Source: a virus
Taxonomy: Duplodnaviria > Caudoviricetes
Virus record (IMG/VR): IMGVR_UViG_3300020045_004928
Coordinates: 1-60,285 of that record
Strand: one strand, 5' to 3'
Length of the DNA: 60,285 nt
Position numbers and translations under genes: made by a program
Shown: one piece after another, positions 11,201 to 19,812 of the stretch
How the letters are laid out: the number at the start of each line of letters is the position of its first letter
Position numbering within the stretch: position 1 is the stretch's first letter
Notes under the pieces: model-generated
Seen by the model: only the letters and a program-made list of their open reading frames with translations
Told to the model about the DNA's origin: nothing
Databases searched by the model: none

Positions 11201-14200
11201 AGGACTAACTGAACAGGAGGCCATCGAGAATTCTGGTACTTTCTCAAATGAAAGTGCGGAAGGAAGTGGCGGTACTAAATTCTCCCAATACACTCTCCCC
11301 GGTGGCACGAATTACCGTGAGCTGCTTATCCAGATGCCGGTCGATAACGAAAAAACCTATACGGCGCGGATAACTCCTGGCATTGGTCCTCACGATGTTC
11401 TTGATGATATTCTGGGAGATATAAGCTCAGAAGGCATGGAAGATCTTGATTATGGTCGAGATTCCGACAGGCCAGAAATCCATATTACCAATTTCACTCA
11501 AACCCAGTTTGATAAGATCAAAGAGATTATCGCGCAATATCCTGATGCAAGAATGTACGATACTCACACTATTGGCGACAAAGAAACATTCAGTTCATCT
11601 CACTTTGATCAAAGCAATATCCTGACACATGTACGCCTGAACGACCGCACCGACGCTGATGGCAAAAAGGTTTTGTTCGTTGAGGAAATACAATCTGACT
11701 GGCATCAGGCTGGCCGGAAAAAGGGGTATAAAACCAAAAAAGAGATTCCTGACGGCTACACCCTTATAGACGTAAATGCCGAAGATAGAGCTGATGGTTT
11801 CCCTGTACCAGAAGACGCTTCTGAGAAATGGAGATTCAAAGGGCCAGATGTAAGTTCTCGCATATATAATAGCCGAGAAGAAGCCGTTAGTGCCATTTGG
11901 AAAGAAGCGGAAATGGGCGACGAAATCGGCGTTCCTGATGCCCCATTCAAAAAATCATGGCACGAAATGGCCTTCCGTCGCGTTGTGCAGATGGCGGCAG
12001 ATCAGGGCTATGACCGTGTAGCCTGGACGACTGGTGAGCAGCAAAATGAGCGTTATGACCTGAGCAAACACGTTGATAAAATAGAGGTTGATAAAGTTGG
12101 CGGTGAATATCGCGTTCTAGCATTTGACAAAGGCGGCACGAGAGTAATTAACGAAACTGCCAAAGATGCCGATGCTCTTTCTGATATCATAGGTAAAGAT
12201 GCAACTGAGAAAGCTATCGAGAAACTAGAAAACCAAAATCTTGCGATACTGCAAGGGGTTGATTTAAAAGTCGGTGGCACCGGCATGAAAGGCTTCTACG
12301 ACGATATCCTTGTCAAATACGCCAACAAGTTCGGGAAGAAGTTTGGCGCAAAAGTTTCTGACACCTCATTTAATGAAAATGTCGGAACCGGAAAGATGGT
12401 TTATAGCGGACCCGAAGCTACGCTTGAACAGGTAACAGAAGTATTTGATATCTCTAAAGGCCACAACAATGTTTTCAAGAGTCCGATAACCGGCGAGAAA
12501 ATGGAATATTCTCTGACGCGGGTTGCTGTTGAAAATCCAATGCGGAATATCACTCAGGCAATGGAAAATGGGAAAAGCTTCAAAGAGGCTTTTTCTCAGT
12601 ACGGAAGTGATGAGATAGCCAGAATTTTTGGTGGCACGGCAGAATGGGGCAAGAGAAACGAAACTTTTGAAATTCATTCCCTTGATATCACGCCAGAAAT
12701 GCGCCAAGCGGCCAAAGAAGGCTTGCCACTGTTCAGAATGGGCGGCGAGAAGATCGAGGTTGATCCGAAAGCAAAAGCACGGATCGAGGGTGAAATTAAC
12801 AAGCAGCTCAAGCAGCTGGGATATCCGCAAGCAGCTGTCCGTCTTGTCAATGACACAGGCGAAGTTGATGGCCTTATGGCTGGCGCACAGGGCGCTTATT
12901 ACAAAGGCCTGATATTCCTTTCCATGCAAGCTGAGAACGTCGTGAACACTCTGACGCATGAAGTCGTACACGATTTACGAGCAGCTGGAGCTTTCACGAA
13001 AGGCGAATGGAATTTGCTGGCCGAGAAGGCAAAAAAATGGCGCACTGAGTTCGATATCGATAGCCGGTATAAATCACAGAAGCTTACCGAAGAGCAGCTG
13101 ACGGAAGAAGCGATTGCAGACGGTATTGCCAATCACAACGATGCTGGCGGTCCTATCGGTCGTATTATCAAGCGCATTGAGCGTTTCATGCGCGGAATCC
13201 GTCAAGCCCTGACTGGCAAGCCGTTAGAATTCAAAACTGCCGAGGACATCATCGAAGCTGTACGCAGCGGCGAAATGACGAAACGTGCGAAGGACAAATA
13301 CGCCAAGGATAATGGGCCTATTTATGACGCTGCCCTGAATAAACCTGATAAGGTTCTGTATTCTCTCCCGCTTAACAAAAAGCAAGCCCTCAAAGAAGCC
13401 GACGACATGCTGATGTCGGTGCGCGGATATAACCAAGGATTCCGGGCAAGCTTGGGAAAAGTTTCGTCATACTTCTTACACCCGCACCAGATAGCGTCCC
13501 TGTATAAATCTTTTACGCCTGTTTACACGCAAGCGATCAAGATGATGCAGTTCAGGGATAAGCTGGTTCACGATCTGTCCGAAACACTGGATCTGTATAA
13601 CAAGATCGATGGCGTATCGAAAAAGAATATTGATGCAGTCATTGAAATTGGTCGTTTAAGCGGCAAGAACTTCAAGCCTACCAATGGCGAGATCGTTGTG
13701 AAGAATGAAGATATCGACACAGCGCATCACAGCAAAATGGGTGAGACAATCACGCTTTCAGGCATTGAGGTCGAGGCCTATGAAGGCGTCCGGAAAACCA
13801 TGGATAAGGCGCTTGATACCTACAAGCAAGTTATTCTGGAGGAATTCGGTTACTGGAAAGACGGCATAAAAACCAAAGAAGATCTATCAAAGGCTTTGGC
13901 AAAAGAAACAGATCCGGATGAGGCTTCCCGTAAGCAACAGGCTATAAAAATGCTTGACGATATTGATGCAGCCAAACGCAAGGGATATGTCCCGTTCAAG
14001 CGTTGGGGACAGGTCGGTATTTCTGTTCGTGAGAAGGATGGCGACAAAGAACTTAAAGTATTTGAGCGCGTCGAGGTTTCGAAGATCAAGAATTTCCGCA
14101 AAGAGAAAATCGCTGAAAACAAGATTGTTAAAGAGAAGCTTCTGGAGCTGAGAAATAAATATCCGGCCAGTGGTTACGATATCGATGTGTTTGAAGTGAA

Positions 14201-16127
14201 AGATTTCACAGATCTGCAATCGAAAATGGATCTTAACGAGCTTGATGTCTTGGCTGCCAGCTCCGATATGAGCGATAAAGATTACAGCAGCTTGCGCAGT
14301 ATGCTTTCTGATGCTCTAAAACGTCGCGGGTTCCGTCAGCATTTTTTCAAGGCGTCAGATGTTCCTGGCTACAGTGCAGACTTTGAACGTGCGCTTAATG
14401 ATTATGTTGTCAGTATCTCTGGCCACTTATCACGCCGTATGTTCAATGACAAACTCGATCAGGCAATCAAGGATATCGAGACAGCCGGTGAACCGACGCT
14501 GTTCGATTATGCTCAGAAATACGTGAAGTATATCAACGAGCCGACCGAGGAATTCGGTGCAGTTCGTCAGATGGCGTTTATCTGGTACCTAGCCGGGAAT
14601 ATTGCATCAGGCGTAACCAACGCCATGCAGCCAGCTATGGTAACGGCTCCTTGGTTTAAAGCTATGTTCAGCCATGCCGATATCGCCAAGCAGATGTCAC
14701 GGGCTTACAAAGATGCAGCTGTGATGATCACTCCGAAAGCCGGGATCGATGTGTTCAATCTCGATAAAGCTCCTGATGATATTCGTGATGCCCTGAAACT
14801 GGCTGATGAGACAGGCCTGTTCATTCCGTTGGCAACTAACGATGCAATGGCAATCTCACGCACAAACAAGGCTTACCTGCGCGGTCTGGATCGCAAGATC
14901 CGCAACGCTCAAGATGTTCTGGCTGTGACCTTCTCGGTACCGGAGCGCGTCAACAGGCTTGTGACATTCACTTCCGCTTACAGATTTGCAATCAAGCCTG
15001 AAAACAAAAAGAAGATTATGGCTTTCATTAACCGTGATCAGCTTGGCCGTCAGCAGCTCGAAGGTCTTGAAGGAAAAAACTTTGCAGCTGCTTTTGCCGA
15101 ATACACGGTTTACAGCACTCAGCTTCGTATGGGTAAAATGAACCGTCCGATATTGTCACGCGGTTTTGGTACCTTACCATTTCAGTTCCTATCATTCTCA
15201 ATGCAAGCTCTGGAGCTGATGTACCGATTGAAACAAATCCACGGAGCTAAATCAGGTCAGGCGCTTGGCTTCATGCTTTTCGCGGTCGTGGCAATGGCAG
15301 GATATCAAGGTTTTCCATTCGAAAAAGATATACAAAAACTATTTGAAGCGGCTTACAAGCGTTTGACAGGCGTTGATATGGACGTTGACAGTGAAATGCG
15401 CAAGCTGCTCTCTGAACACATTGGATCAACTGCCACTAATGCAATTATGAAAGGTATTCCTTATGCGCTTCTCAATGTTGATATGTCTGGGCGTCTTGGC
15501 TTCGGCAACATTGTCCCTGACGATCAAGCAGACCTGTATGGTGTCTGGTATAACATGCTGTTCGAAAACCCAGCGAAAGCAGCTGATAGTTTAAGCCGTG
15601 GCAATGTCGTCCAGGCGATTGCTGATATCTCGCCTACCTTCCTGAAAAACGTCTTAACGGCGCAGGAATGGCAAACGGATGGCGTAAGATCCGGGACCAC
15701 CGGCAAAGTCATTATCGAGAAAGATAGCCTTGAAAAAGAAGATATCTGGCTAAAGCGGTTTGGTTTCACCTCTGCCAGCGTAGCGCGTGAACGTGAGCGC
15801 ATTTATGCCGACCAGAGGGCTTCACATGCCGTCGATAACCTTAGAAACAACTATTACTCCGAGCTGACACGCGCCTACGCTATGCGCAGGAAAATGAGTA
15901 TCGAGGGCGATACAGAAGCGTCTGCCCTTTATCAGCAAAAGATTAAAGACATTATGGACGAAATACGCGAATATAATCAGGGCGCACCGCTTTTCAAACA
16001 GGTGTTGATCAGCGAAAAAACACTTAAACAGCGTCTTAAACAGGAGATTAAGGGAAGCGAAGCCTTCAAGCCTCGTAAACAAGCCAGACAAAATTCTAAG
16101 GAATTAGATAAAGCATACGGTAAATAA
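5217..16127 (+). CDS. Giant polyvalent internal virion protein (inorganic-pyrophosphatase-like, LPD5/LPD1-like, two HExxH motifs, PLxRFG-like C-terminal region)
   Basis: 3636 aa; GNYKKGH..IENP.GS.RSG..W...M..HYGY...T.GAD...DV (~7200-7600); DFGEKIQGAKKD (~9290); FGFRGVQFGNY/HEWWHAMD/YWS..EMSARSFE (~10140-10670); EEIQSDWHQ (~11680); HEVVH (~12960); YVPFKRWG (~13985). Confidence 0.8.
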   Translation: MTPADDLELILFGEAPTKPKTAAAPAVAQPQDELSAILFPSENLVNAQPTYENARPSSPGFMGGIKDEVLNVKDDLDAGTRELGNAAVSAAMLYGQMDPVEAADFITSNRQAADMARSSRSESLQRDMETIQSSDGFLDAAKNVITNPRAAAHLSIENLPYSAPGMMAAAGGAATGAAAGAATGPAAPVMAPIGAVTGAVAGGFAGQVPVEVGAWVDQALQERGVDISTREGRIAAYSDRAMMDEIRGEAERKGITTAAVDSLWNIFAGSKLFKSAGTSFPSRVVAGAKDTGLQMVGESASEGAGQLAAYKGDTSKINTTDIALEGLLSAPQAIAETGVGLMVRNQIQGSAQPPANGQTSQDNAEAVQTADAIPPVATAPEVKVPTRDDLAAAMQNPEAPLQTSSPQSNAAQTPSPIITPDAATPIVAPTPQGFAYGQTVEQVNRFGEVVEGTVQGVQNTADGISITIKDRDGNVGTIFDSEGPIEIRAKSAPTGPTRSDLEAALNGEKPISPTAPVQMEMAAGPPPQTAAQTPPMQEQPLSLPELQKRLETVKAGAKFKGWDKNSLAMRDNLQGQIDLLQSAQLPVTEVVQPVAKPPTFKEQLPTMTEDQLVEIYRGKNRQKRELAAAEIKARFPENNFTGAIDVQDAAGQVNTAPTDGQKEAGNYKKGHVKINGMDIAIENPQGSMRSGKDKDGNAWEVAMPAHYGYVKRTVGADNENMDVYIGSNIDAPEVYVVDQVHADTQDFDEHKAMIGFNSIQEAVDAYSGAFSDGRGGERHGGVTVMTVQEFKDWLKGDQTKKPLVYKKPEAPKKDIPSEAEPQKAALTGETEPQNAVQTQDDKPSVDQEASLQNPYFSNFKDAQERAFMLATKNQDEIAASINMALSIVDDAAQLDVEIDPALKRQADVLAKRYFAWLDKDAFAFKTATSENAGKAFIDSAKKLKALADKMDKKIDDRAREESQIEPENNSDLSSYQQDEDKVIPDEVAEKPQETEVASRETPENVDNSAPTVADQPQPVAETSQYKPESSQETENNPQENTLSKTKQMVKDYVEAKNANGLRGILSNLDNKQSRAYFAELTGIKLPKTVKATNEAIDTFAGITTDQRAKMDADKADAADTKKQERDELWWGNILSKMPTDGGSNVKAWIDGLIAEGYNRVVSQKNGATTNYVLVNETGRGYKISGLKGGRSEIWKYAKAVTERMAKGQEAPFIPNMPAEKASSFEPEAANSSPVSEEVKSTDNPDSPDNSAPERRSFDLIPDDAENRSPQIQKLVDGRNALRKFANELSDEDYAYLAKTLKSEYGANFPQDAATSNEPEKSLKIWQETLDAHKKPAAPKKPAAEKPKTQEEPAADKVADFGEKIQGAKKDLWTGYKDTLKEELPEDLAQITLAKHFPEPNYENLIENGVEIPALAAIKAMRDLIPAKPRVSYKLKDWAAAVKSTRLMANSLLTGTLKFSDLTQKFGESRSRILRDMPDKIQLYVDLGYPAFTKAKEYSIHPSDGAYENGVKIDRRQWFVTKGNRYGDRYETYEDALKALRDKLSADEGPKAKLVKFDIYRVTSTGDIVVGKKIAAGKYVDLQKGFKTGREAREYLSENYDDLVKRLEDKKNLPPERRSINDPRVGEDYRQGEDVTPEMFAKEFGFRGVQFGNYVEQKRRVKDLNNAFDALRDMATVLGIPPRAVSLEGTLGLAFGARGSGGVNPAAAHYERGHVVINLTKMNGAGSLGHEWWHAMDHNFGKRREGPDYLTAAPRQKEKNKDGTIAEPTIRPEVVEAFAGVMKAIKGSTMVKRAKEADKTRGKDYWSTDIEMSARSFEKYLIDKAKERGYSNDYLSNIVPEKAFTDKEGNVSDDFQYPTTKDMETIGPAFDKLFATIENKETDKGVALYSAAPLKSALVKTVDSLKQAKGSGEQMLAIIRNTQGVKEEEIAWTGLDDFLAEKKTVTKQEIADYLAANQVNIRETTLSSSALPDGWYTEENDEGWVVLDEFHDTRGEGLTEQEAIENSGTFSNESAEGSGGTKFSQYTLPGGTNYRELLIQMPVDNEKTYTARITPGIGPHDVLDDILGDISSEGMEDLDYGRDSDRPEIHITNFTQTQFDKIKEIIAQYPDARMYDTHTIGDKETFSSSHFDQSNILTHVRLNDRTDADGKKVLFVEEIQSDWHQAGRKKGYKTKKEIPDGYTLIDVNAEDRADGFPVPEDASEKWRFKGPDVSSRIYNSREEAVSAIWKEAEMGDEIGVPDAPFKKSWHEMAFRRVVQMAADQGYDRVAWTTGEQQNERYDLSKHVDKIEVDKVGGEYRVLAFDKGGTRVINETAKDADALSDIIGKDATEKAIEKLENQNLAILQGVDLKVGGTGMKGFYDDILVKYANKFGKKFGAKVSDTSFNENVGTGKMVYSGPEATLEQVTEVFDISKGHNNVFKSPITGEKMEYSLTRVAVENPMRNITQAMENGKSFKEAFSQYGSDEIARIFGGTAEWGKRNETFEIHSLDITPEMRQAAKEGLPLFRMGGEKIEVDPKAKARIEGEINKQLKQLGYPQAAVRLVNDTGEVDGLMAGAQGAYYKGLIFLSMQAENVVNTLTHEVVHDLRAAGAFTKGEWNLLAEKAKKWRTEFDIDSRYKSQKLTEEQLTEEAIADGIANHNDAGGPIGRIIKRIERFMRGIRQALTGKPLEFKTAEDIIEAVRSGEMTKRAKDKYAKDNGPIYDAALNKPDKVLYSLPLNKKQALKEADDMLMSVRGYNQGFRASLGKVSSYFLHPHQIASLYKSFTPVYTQAIKMMQFRDKLVHDLSETLDLYNKIDGVSKKNIDAVIEIGRLSGKNFKPTNGEIVVKNEDIDTAHHSKMGETITLSGIEVEAYEGVRKTMDKALDTYKQVILEEFGYWKDGIKTKEDLSKALAKETDPDEASRKQQAIKMLDDIDAAKRKGYVPFKRWGQVGISVREKDGDKELKVFERVEVSKIKNFRKEKIAENKIVKEKLLELRNKYPASGYDIDVFEVKDFTDLQSKMDLNELDVLAASSDMSDKDYSSLRSMLSDALKRRGFRQHFFKASDVPGYSADFERALNDYVVSISGHLSRRMFNDKLDQAIKDIETAGEPTLFDYAQKYVKYINEPTEEFGAVRQMAFIWYLAGNIASGVTNAMQPAMVTAPWFKAMFSHADIAKQMSRAYKDAAVMITPKAGIDVFNLDKAPDDIRDALKLADETGLFIPLATNDAMAISRTNKAYLRGLDRKIRNAQDVLAVTFSVPERVNRLVTFTSAYRFAIKPENKKKIMAFINRDQLGRQQLEGLEGKNFAAAFAEYTVYSTQLRMGKMNRPILSRGFGTLPFQFLSFSMQALELMYRLKQIHGAKSGQALGFMLFAVVAMAGYQGFPFEKDIQKLFEAAYKRLTGVDMDVDSEMRKLLSEHIGSTATNAIMKGIPYALLNVDMSGRLGFGNIVPDDQADLYGVWYNMLFENPAKAADSLSRGNVVQAIADISPTFLKNVLTAQEWQTDGVRSGTTGKVIIEKDSLEKEDIWLKRFGFTSASVARERERIYADQRASHAVDNLRNNYYSELTRAYAMRRKMSIEGDTEASALYQQKIKDIMDEIREYNQGAPLFKQVLISEKTLKQRLKQEIKGSEAFKPRKQARQNSKELDKAYGK

Positions 16128-16157
16128 AACAATCAACTCAATATTAAGGAGAGCTAA

Positions 16158-16532
16158 ATGGTACAAGTTGCAGCAAAAGTAGAAGCCCTAAATGATGGTG
16201 CCGTAAGAGTTACTTGGGCAAACATCAAAAACGGAGACACGGTTGAACCGGCAAAAGTTCCAGCGCGTCCTGATAAAACTGCGCATATTTTTGGTACGCC
16301 AAACGGAGCTACTACAAAACTGCAAGGATCAAGCGATCCTCTGGTTCAATCCAATCCGGGATCAGCTAACTTCGTTAATTTGAAATCTCTGGACGGTGTT
16401 GAAATCTCTATTACTGATTTCACCACGCAAGCAAACATGCCGGTTATTTTAGAAGCTCCTGAATGGATCAAGCCACTGATCACCGGAGCTGGCGCTTCTA
16501 CAGATATTACCATTGTCTTAATCTGCCCATAA
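16158..16532 (+). CDS. Small beta-rich virion or tail-associated protein
   Basis: Strong RBS taaggag; precedes tail enzyme gene. Confidence 0.55.
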   Translation: MVQVAAKVEALNDGAVRVTWANIKNGDTVEPAKVPARPDKTAHIFGTPNGATTKLQGSSDPLVQSNPGSANFVNLKSLDGVEISITDFTTQANMPVILEAPEWIKPLITGAGASTDITIVLICP

Positions 16533-16550
16533 AACAATTGAGAAGATCAC

Positions 16551-18548
16551 ATGAAACTGAACAGACGAAGAAGAAGATTAATAGCGGCTACTGGTGAATC
16601 TACTCCTCCAGTAATACCAACAAGTCCTCAATTCATGTCAAGCAATCAGCGCATAACGACTGATCGTAGGCAAGGTACAAGTGGCGCTAGATCTGATGTC
16701 CAAATGCAAACCAGATCTGCCCACCGGTCAGGTGCGGCCACATGGTCAAATCTTATGATTGGGACATCAGCTTTCTATTCTCAAATAAATGCAAACGGAC
16801 CTGAAACTAACCTTGGCAATGACTATAATTTTGAAAGTGGTATTGAAACTATCACTCCCTCCGCCACAACTTTGCAAACATGGTCAAGTGCTGGAACTAA
16901 AAATGTCATAAACGGTGACGCACTCATACTTTCTGACTCTACTCCCGGATTAACAATAGGCCCTAATGAAAATTTCTGGGTTCGTAGGGGTCATATATTA
17001 GCAGCGGCCACGGATTATTTTCCTGCTAGTGGGTTACAATTTTCTGGATCAGTTATGAACTCACCTATAAGTGCTTCCCAAATTGCGGCTACTGGAACTT
17101 TCTCAACCCCGGCTGGTGGTAGTGGATCTGGACTAGCAGTTAGTTACCCAAATTTAATTGTCGGCGTTCCAGATGTTAGAACCCCGTCTGTTCTAATTAT
17201 TGGTGACAGTATAGCCGCAGGGGTCGGAGATGGAACACAAGACTTTAACGGGAATGTAGGTTTTATAAGAAGGGGACTTGCAAGTGTAAACGGAAACCAG
17301 ATCCCGTGCCATGGACAGGATGTACCTGGCTTAAAAATGGTTGTCGAGAAGGATTACACAAAAGTTAAGTCTGCGTGGCCTTATGCTACCCACGCCATTA
17401 TTGAAACAGGATTTAACGATATAAATGATCAGACTTTAGGCGCAATGCAATCAGCGCTGACAACAATTGTCAATGATCTGAAATCGACAATAGGCCCTTA
17501 CGGCAAGAGAATTCATGTTTCTGTTTGTACAATTTGCCCTTCTACAACTTCTTCTAATAGCTGGATTGACGCAGCTGGACAAACAACGAAAGCAAATTGG
17601 GCTGTTGGCGCTAAACGCGATCAATATAATGACTGGCTTGTTACTCAAGCCGGAACATTATTCGATACGCTTATAGACATTCGGACCGTAACCGACGATC
17701 CGGCTAACCCTGGCAAGTGGTATACTAACGGTACAGCAAACTACCCCACTGGCGATTCAGTACACCCTGCGTACCGAATGGTTGCAAGAATGGCATCGGT
17801 CATAAATTCTTGGGCGCTCGGCATTGGAATTTCTCGGGATGGAACAGGTTACGCCGGCTCTCCCCCAGCCTACTCAGCTAAAAGTATACTCGGACTTTTT
17901 GGATGGTTTAATGAGACAGGTATTAATGACTCATTAGGTTTTTGCCAGAAATGGGACGATATTTCAGGGTATAACAATCACGCACCGCAGCTTACGGCAG
18001 CCAGACGGCCAGCCATAACATCGCAAAACGGCATAGATTGTTTATCTTTTGATGGAATAGACGATTTCTTAGAATCCACAGGCATGGCCGCTTTGAATCA
18101 ATCTCCCACGATAACTGCATATATTGCCTATGTTCCTGATACGACCAAGTTGAAAGGATGGGTATGTAAACAGCAACCGGGATCAAGCTCTTATTTTGGT
18201 TTTGTTCAAGCTGATGACGGAGTTTCTTTAAACCGCGGTATGGCTGGGGCTAATGCCAATCCGACAAACATAACTCTAGCACCGACAAACGATATAAGGC
18301 TGGTTAATCTTGTAAAAGACGGGACAAGGTTGACTTCGTTAGTTAATGATACCGCCGGATCAGTTTCCACCGGAGCAAACAATTTAGGTAGCAGCCCATT
18401 TAGATTTGGTGCGGGGGACGGCGGAACAGCAGACCCTTTCAAAGGAAAAATTTGCGAGGCTTTATTCTTTATCGTCCCCCCGCTACCAGCCGAAGATGCT
18501 TACATTAGAAACTACTTGAAAAGATGGGGAACAGGACAGTGGACATAA
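16551..18548 (+). CDS. SGNH/GDSL hydrolase-domain tail protein with lectin/LamG-like C-terminal domain
   Basis: IIGDSI (block I), ETGFND (block III), DSVHP (block V); C-terminal WDDISGYNNHA..FDGIDD motif seen in phage tail lectin domains. Confidence 0.7.
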   Translation: MKLNRRRRRLIAATGESTPPVIPTSPQFMSSNQRITTDRRQGTSGARSDVQMQTRSAHRSGAATWSNLMIGTSAFYSQINANGPETNLGNDYNFESGIETITPSATTLQTWSSAGTKNVINGDALILSDSTPGLTIGPNENFWVRRGHILAAATDYFPASGLQFSGSVMNSPISASQIAATGTFSTPAGGSGSGLAVSYPNLIVGVPDVRTPSVLIIGDSIAAGVGDGTQDFNGNVGFIRRGLASVNGNQIPCHGQDVPGLKMVVEKDYTKVKSAWPYATHAIIETGFNDINDQTLGAMQSALTTIVNDLKSTIGPYGKRIHVSVCTICPSTTSSNSWIDAAGQTTKANWAVGAKRDQYNDWLVTQAGTLFDTLIDIRTVTDDPANPGKWYTNGTANYPTGDSVHPAYRMVARMASVINSWALGIGISRDGTGYAGSPPAYSAKSILGLFGWFNETGINDSLGFCQKWDDISGYNNHAPQLTAARRPAITSQNGIDCLSFDGIDDFLESTGMAALNQSPTITAYIAYVPDTTKLKGWVCKQQPGSSSYFGFVQADDGVSLNRGMAGANANPTNITLAPTNDIRLVNLVKDGTRLTSLVNDTAGSVSTGANNLGSSPFRFGAGDGGTADPFKGKICEALFFIVPPLPAEDAYIRNYLKRWGTGQWT

Positions 18549-18563
18549 GGATGAAGGAAAGCA

Positions 18564-18881
18564 ATGTTTGAAGTACCAATAGCTTTTATAAAAGCAAATT
18601 TAATCTGGTTCAGAATCGGTCTTATCGTCGCGGCGTTTTCGGCCATATTATATGCGGGGTATAAGGTTCACGACGGTATATGGCAGAGAGGTTATGATAA
18701 GGCTGTAGCAGATCAAAAAGCTGAGCTAGATAAGGCCAAAGAGAAAGTAGATGCCAACGTCGCAAAAGTGGAGAAAACGCATGAAAAGAACATCAAGAAA
18801 ATCCGTGAGCTGCCGGATAATGATTTTGTCGCTGGTCCTATTGTCAGCTCTGTCATTGACGGGCTGCCGAACCCTCGCTGA
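18564..18881 (+). CDS. Inner-membrane spanin (Rz-like)
   Basis: N-terminal TM helix then coiled coil; overlapped by a lipoprotein ORF. Confidence 0.65.
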   Translation: MFEVPIAFIKANLIWFRIGLIVAAFSAILYAGYKVHDGIWQRGYDKAVADQKAELDKAKEKVDANVAKVEKTHEKNIKKIRELPDNDFVAGPIVSSVIDGLPNPR

Positions 18882-19020
18882 ATTCTTCGCAAACGATCCG
18901 TACAATAAATGCGATCATCCTGAGAAGCCAAAATCTCCTTATTCAGATAAGGAGGTCGGTGTTTTTATTCAAAGTCAGGCTGATAAGATCGATGTCTGCC
19001 GGTCGCTATTGGGACACTGA
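18781..19020 (+). CDS. Outer-membrane spanin lipoprotein (Rz1-like)
   Basis: MKRTSRK..ILSLVLLSALSLTGC lipobox; +1 frame overlap with the i-spanin 3' end; Pro and Cys residues. Confidence 0.65.
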   Translation: MKRTSRKSVSCRIMILSLVLLSALSLTGCRTLAEFFANDPYNKCDHPEKPKSPYSDKEVGVFIQSQADKIDVCRSLLGH

Positions 19021-19176
19021 TTACTTTTTATTAGCTTTCCGAGATTTACGACGCTGCAACCTTTTGTTGCGGCGTTTTTCTTGATCTTTTGACGACAGCG
19101 TAGATCTGGGCTTTTTTCGTGGACCGCGTGGTCGTCGCGGTAATGAATCATCCCAAACAGGGTCCATAAACATCAT
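19021..19176 (-). CDS. Small Arg/Lys-rich peptide (51 aa, not in ORF track)
   Basis: MMFMDPVWDDSLPRRPRGPRKKPRSTLSSKDQEKRRNKRLQRRKSRKANKK; last gene of the leftward operon. Confidence 0.45.
   Translation of the reverse strand: MMFMDPVWDDSLPRRPRGPRKKPRSTLSSKDQEKRRNKRLQRRKSRKANKK
19051..19079 (+). terminator. Intrinsic terminator of the late operon
   Basis: ACGCTGCAAC-CTTTT-GTTGCGGCGT followed by a T run, at a convergent junction. Confidence 0.55.
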
Positions 19177-19177
19177 T

Positions 19178-19336
19178 TCAAATATCCTTGTGCTGAATGA
19201 TACCGCAACTCTCGCATTTACGAACTTGTATTTGTTCTTCTCTTTCCCATTTGCAGAGTATTATCACGGTAGCCGTTGCCATTTTCCATACGCTCCATTT
19301 GTGAAATCCAAAACGGCATTTTGTTGTTTGTTTCAT
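19178..19336 (-). CDS. Small putative Zn-binding protein (52 aa, not in ORF track)
   Basis: KCRFGFHKW...RKCESCG pattern common in small phage proteins. Confidence 0.55.
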   Translation of the reverse strand: MKQTTKCRFGFHKWSVWKMATATVIILCKWEREEQIQVRKCESCGIIQHKDI

Positions 19337-19338
19337 TA

Positions 19339-19812
19339 TCAGCCTTTCATCAGCTCGTTATAATCAAATTTATTGTTCAAGGATTCAACGATAGATACCA
19401 GGTCGCCGGAATATCCAAGAACCTCGTCGTTGTAGACCATGGCGTATTTCTGGACCATGACAGTGTTGTTAATGAAGTCAAAACCTTTCGGCGTGACACA
19501 CCAATAACCGCTTGTACGCTTTCCCTGATCGCCTTTTTCATGCTTTTTTGCCTCTATAAGCCCGAAGAACGCAAGCTTTGCAAAGTCACCGGCTCCTGAC
19601 GTACCCATGACGATCTCGCTATTGTGAAAGAAAGCACCGACGCCAAAATTCTTGTAAGCATGTATAAGCTGACGGGCCATCATCGAGTTCACGGATCGTT
19701 TATAAACCCTGACGTATTGTTCACAAACTGGACAGACGCAGCCCTCATCACGCTTTTTGGCGATATCGTCGCGCATCTCTTTGACAATTGATTGTTGAAA
19801 TAAGCTGGTCAT
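19339..19812 (-). CDS. Hypothetical protein, CxxC plus winged-helix-like
   Basis: CPVCEQ; FAKLAFFGLIE..GYWCVTPKG. Confidence 0.6.
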   Translation of the reverse strand: MTSLFQQSIVKEMRDDIAKKRDEGCVCPVCEQYVRVYKRSVNSMMARQLIHAYKNFGVGAFFHNSEIVMGTSGAGDFAKLAFFGLIEAKKHEKGDQGKRTSGYWCVTPKGFDFINNTVMVQKYAMVYNDEVLGYSGDLVSIVESLNNKFDYNELMKG

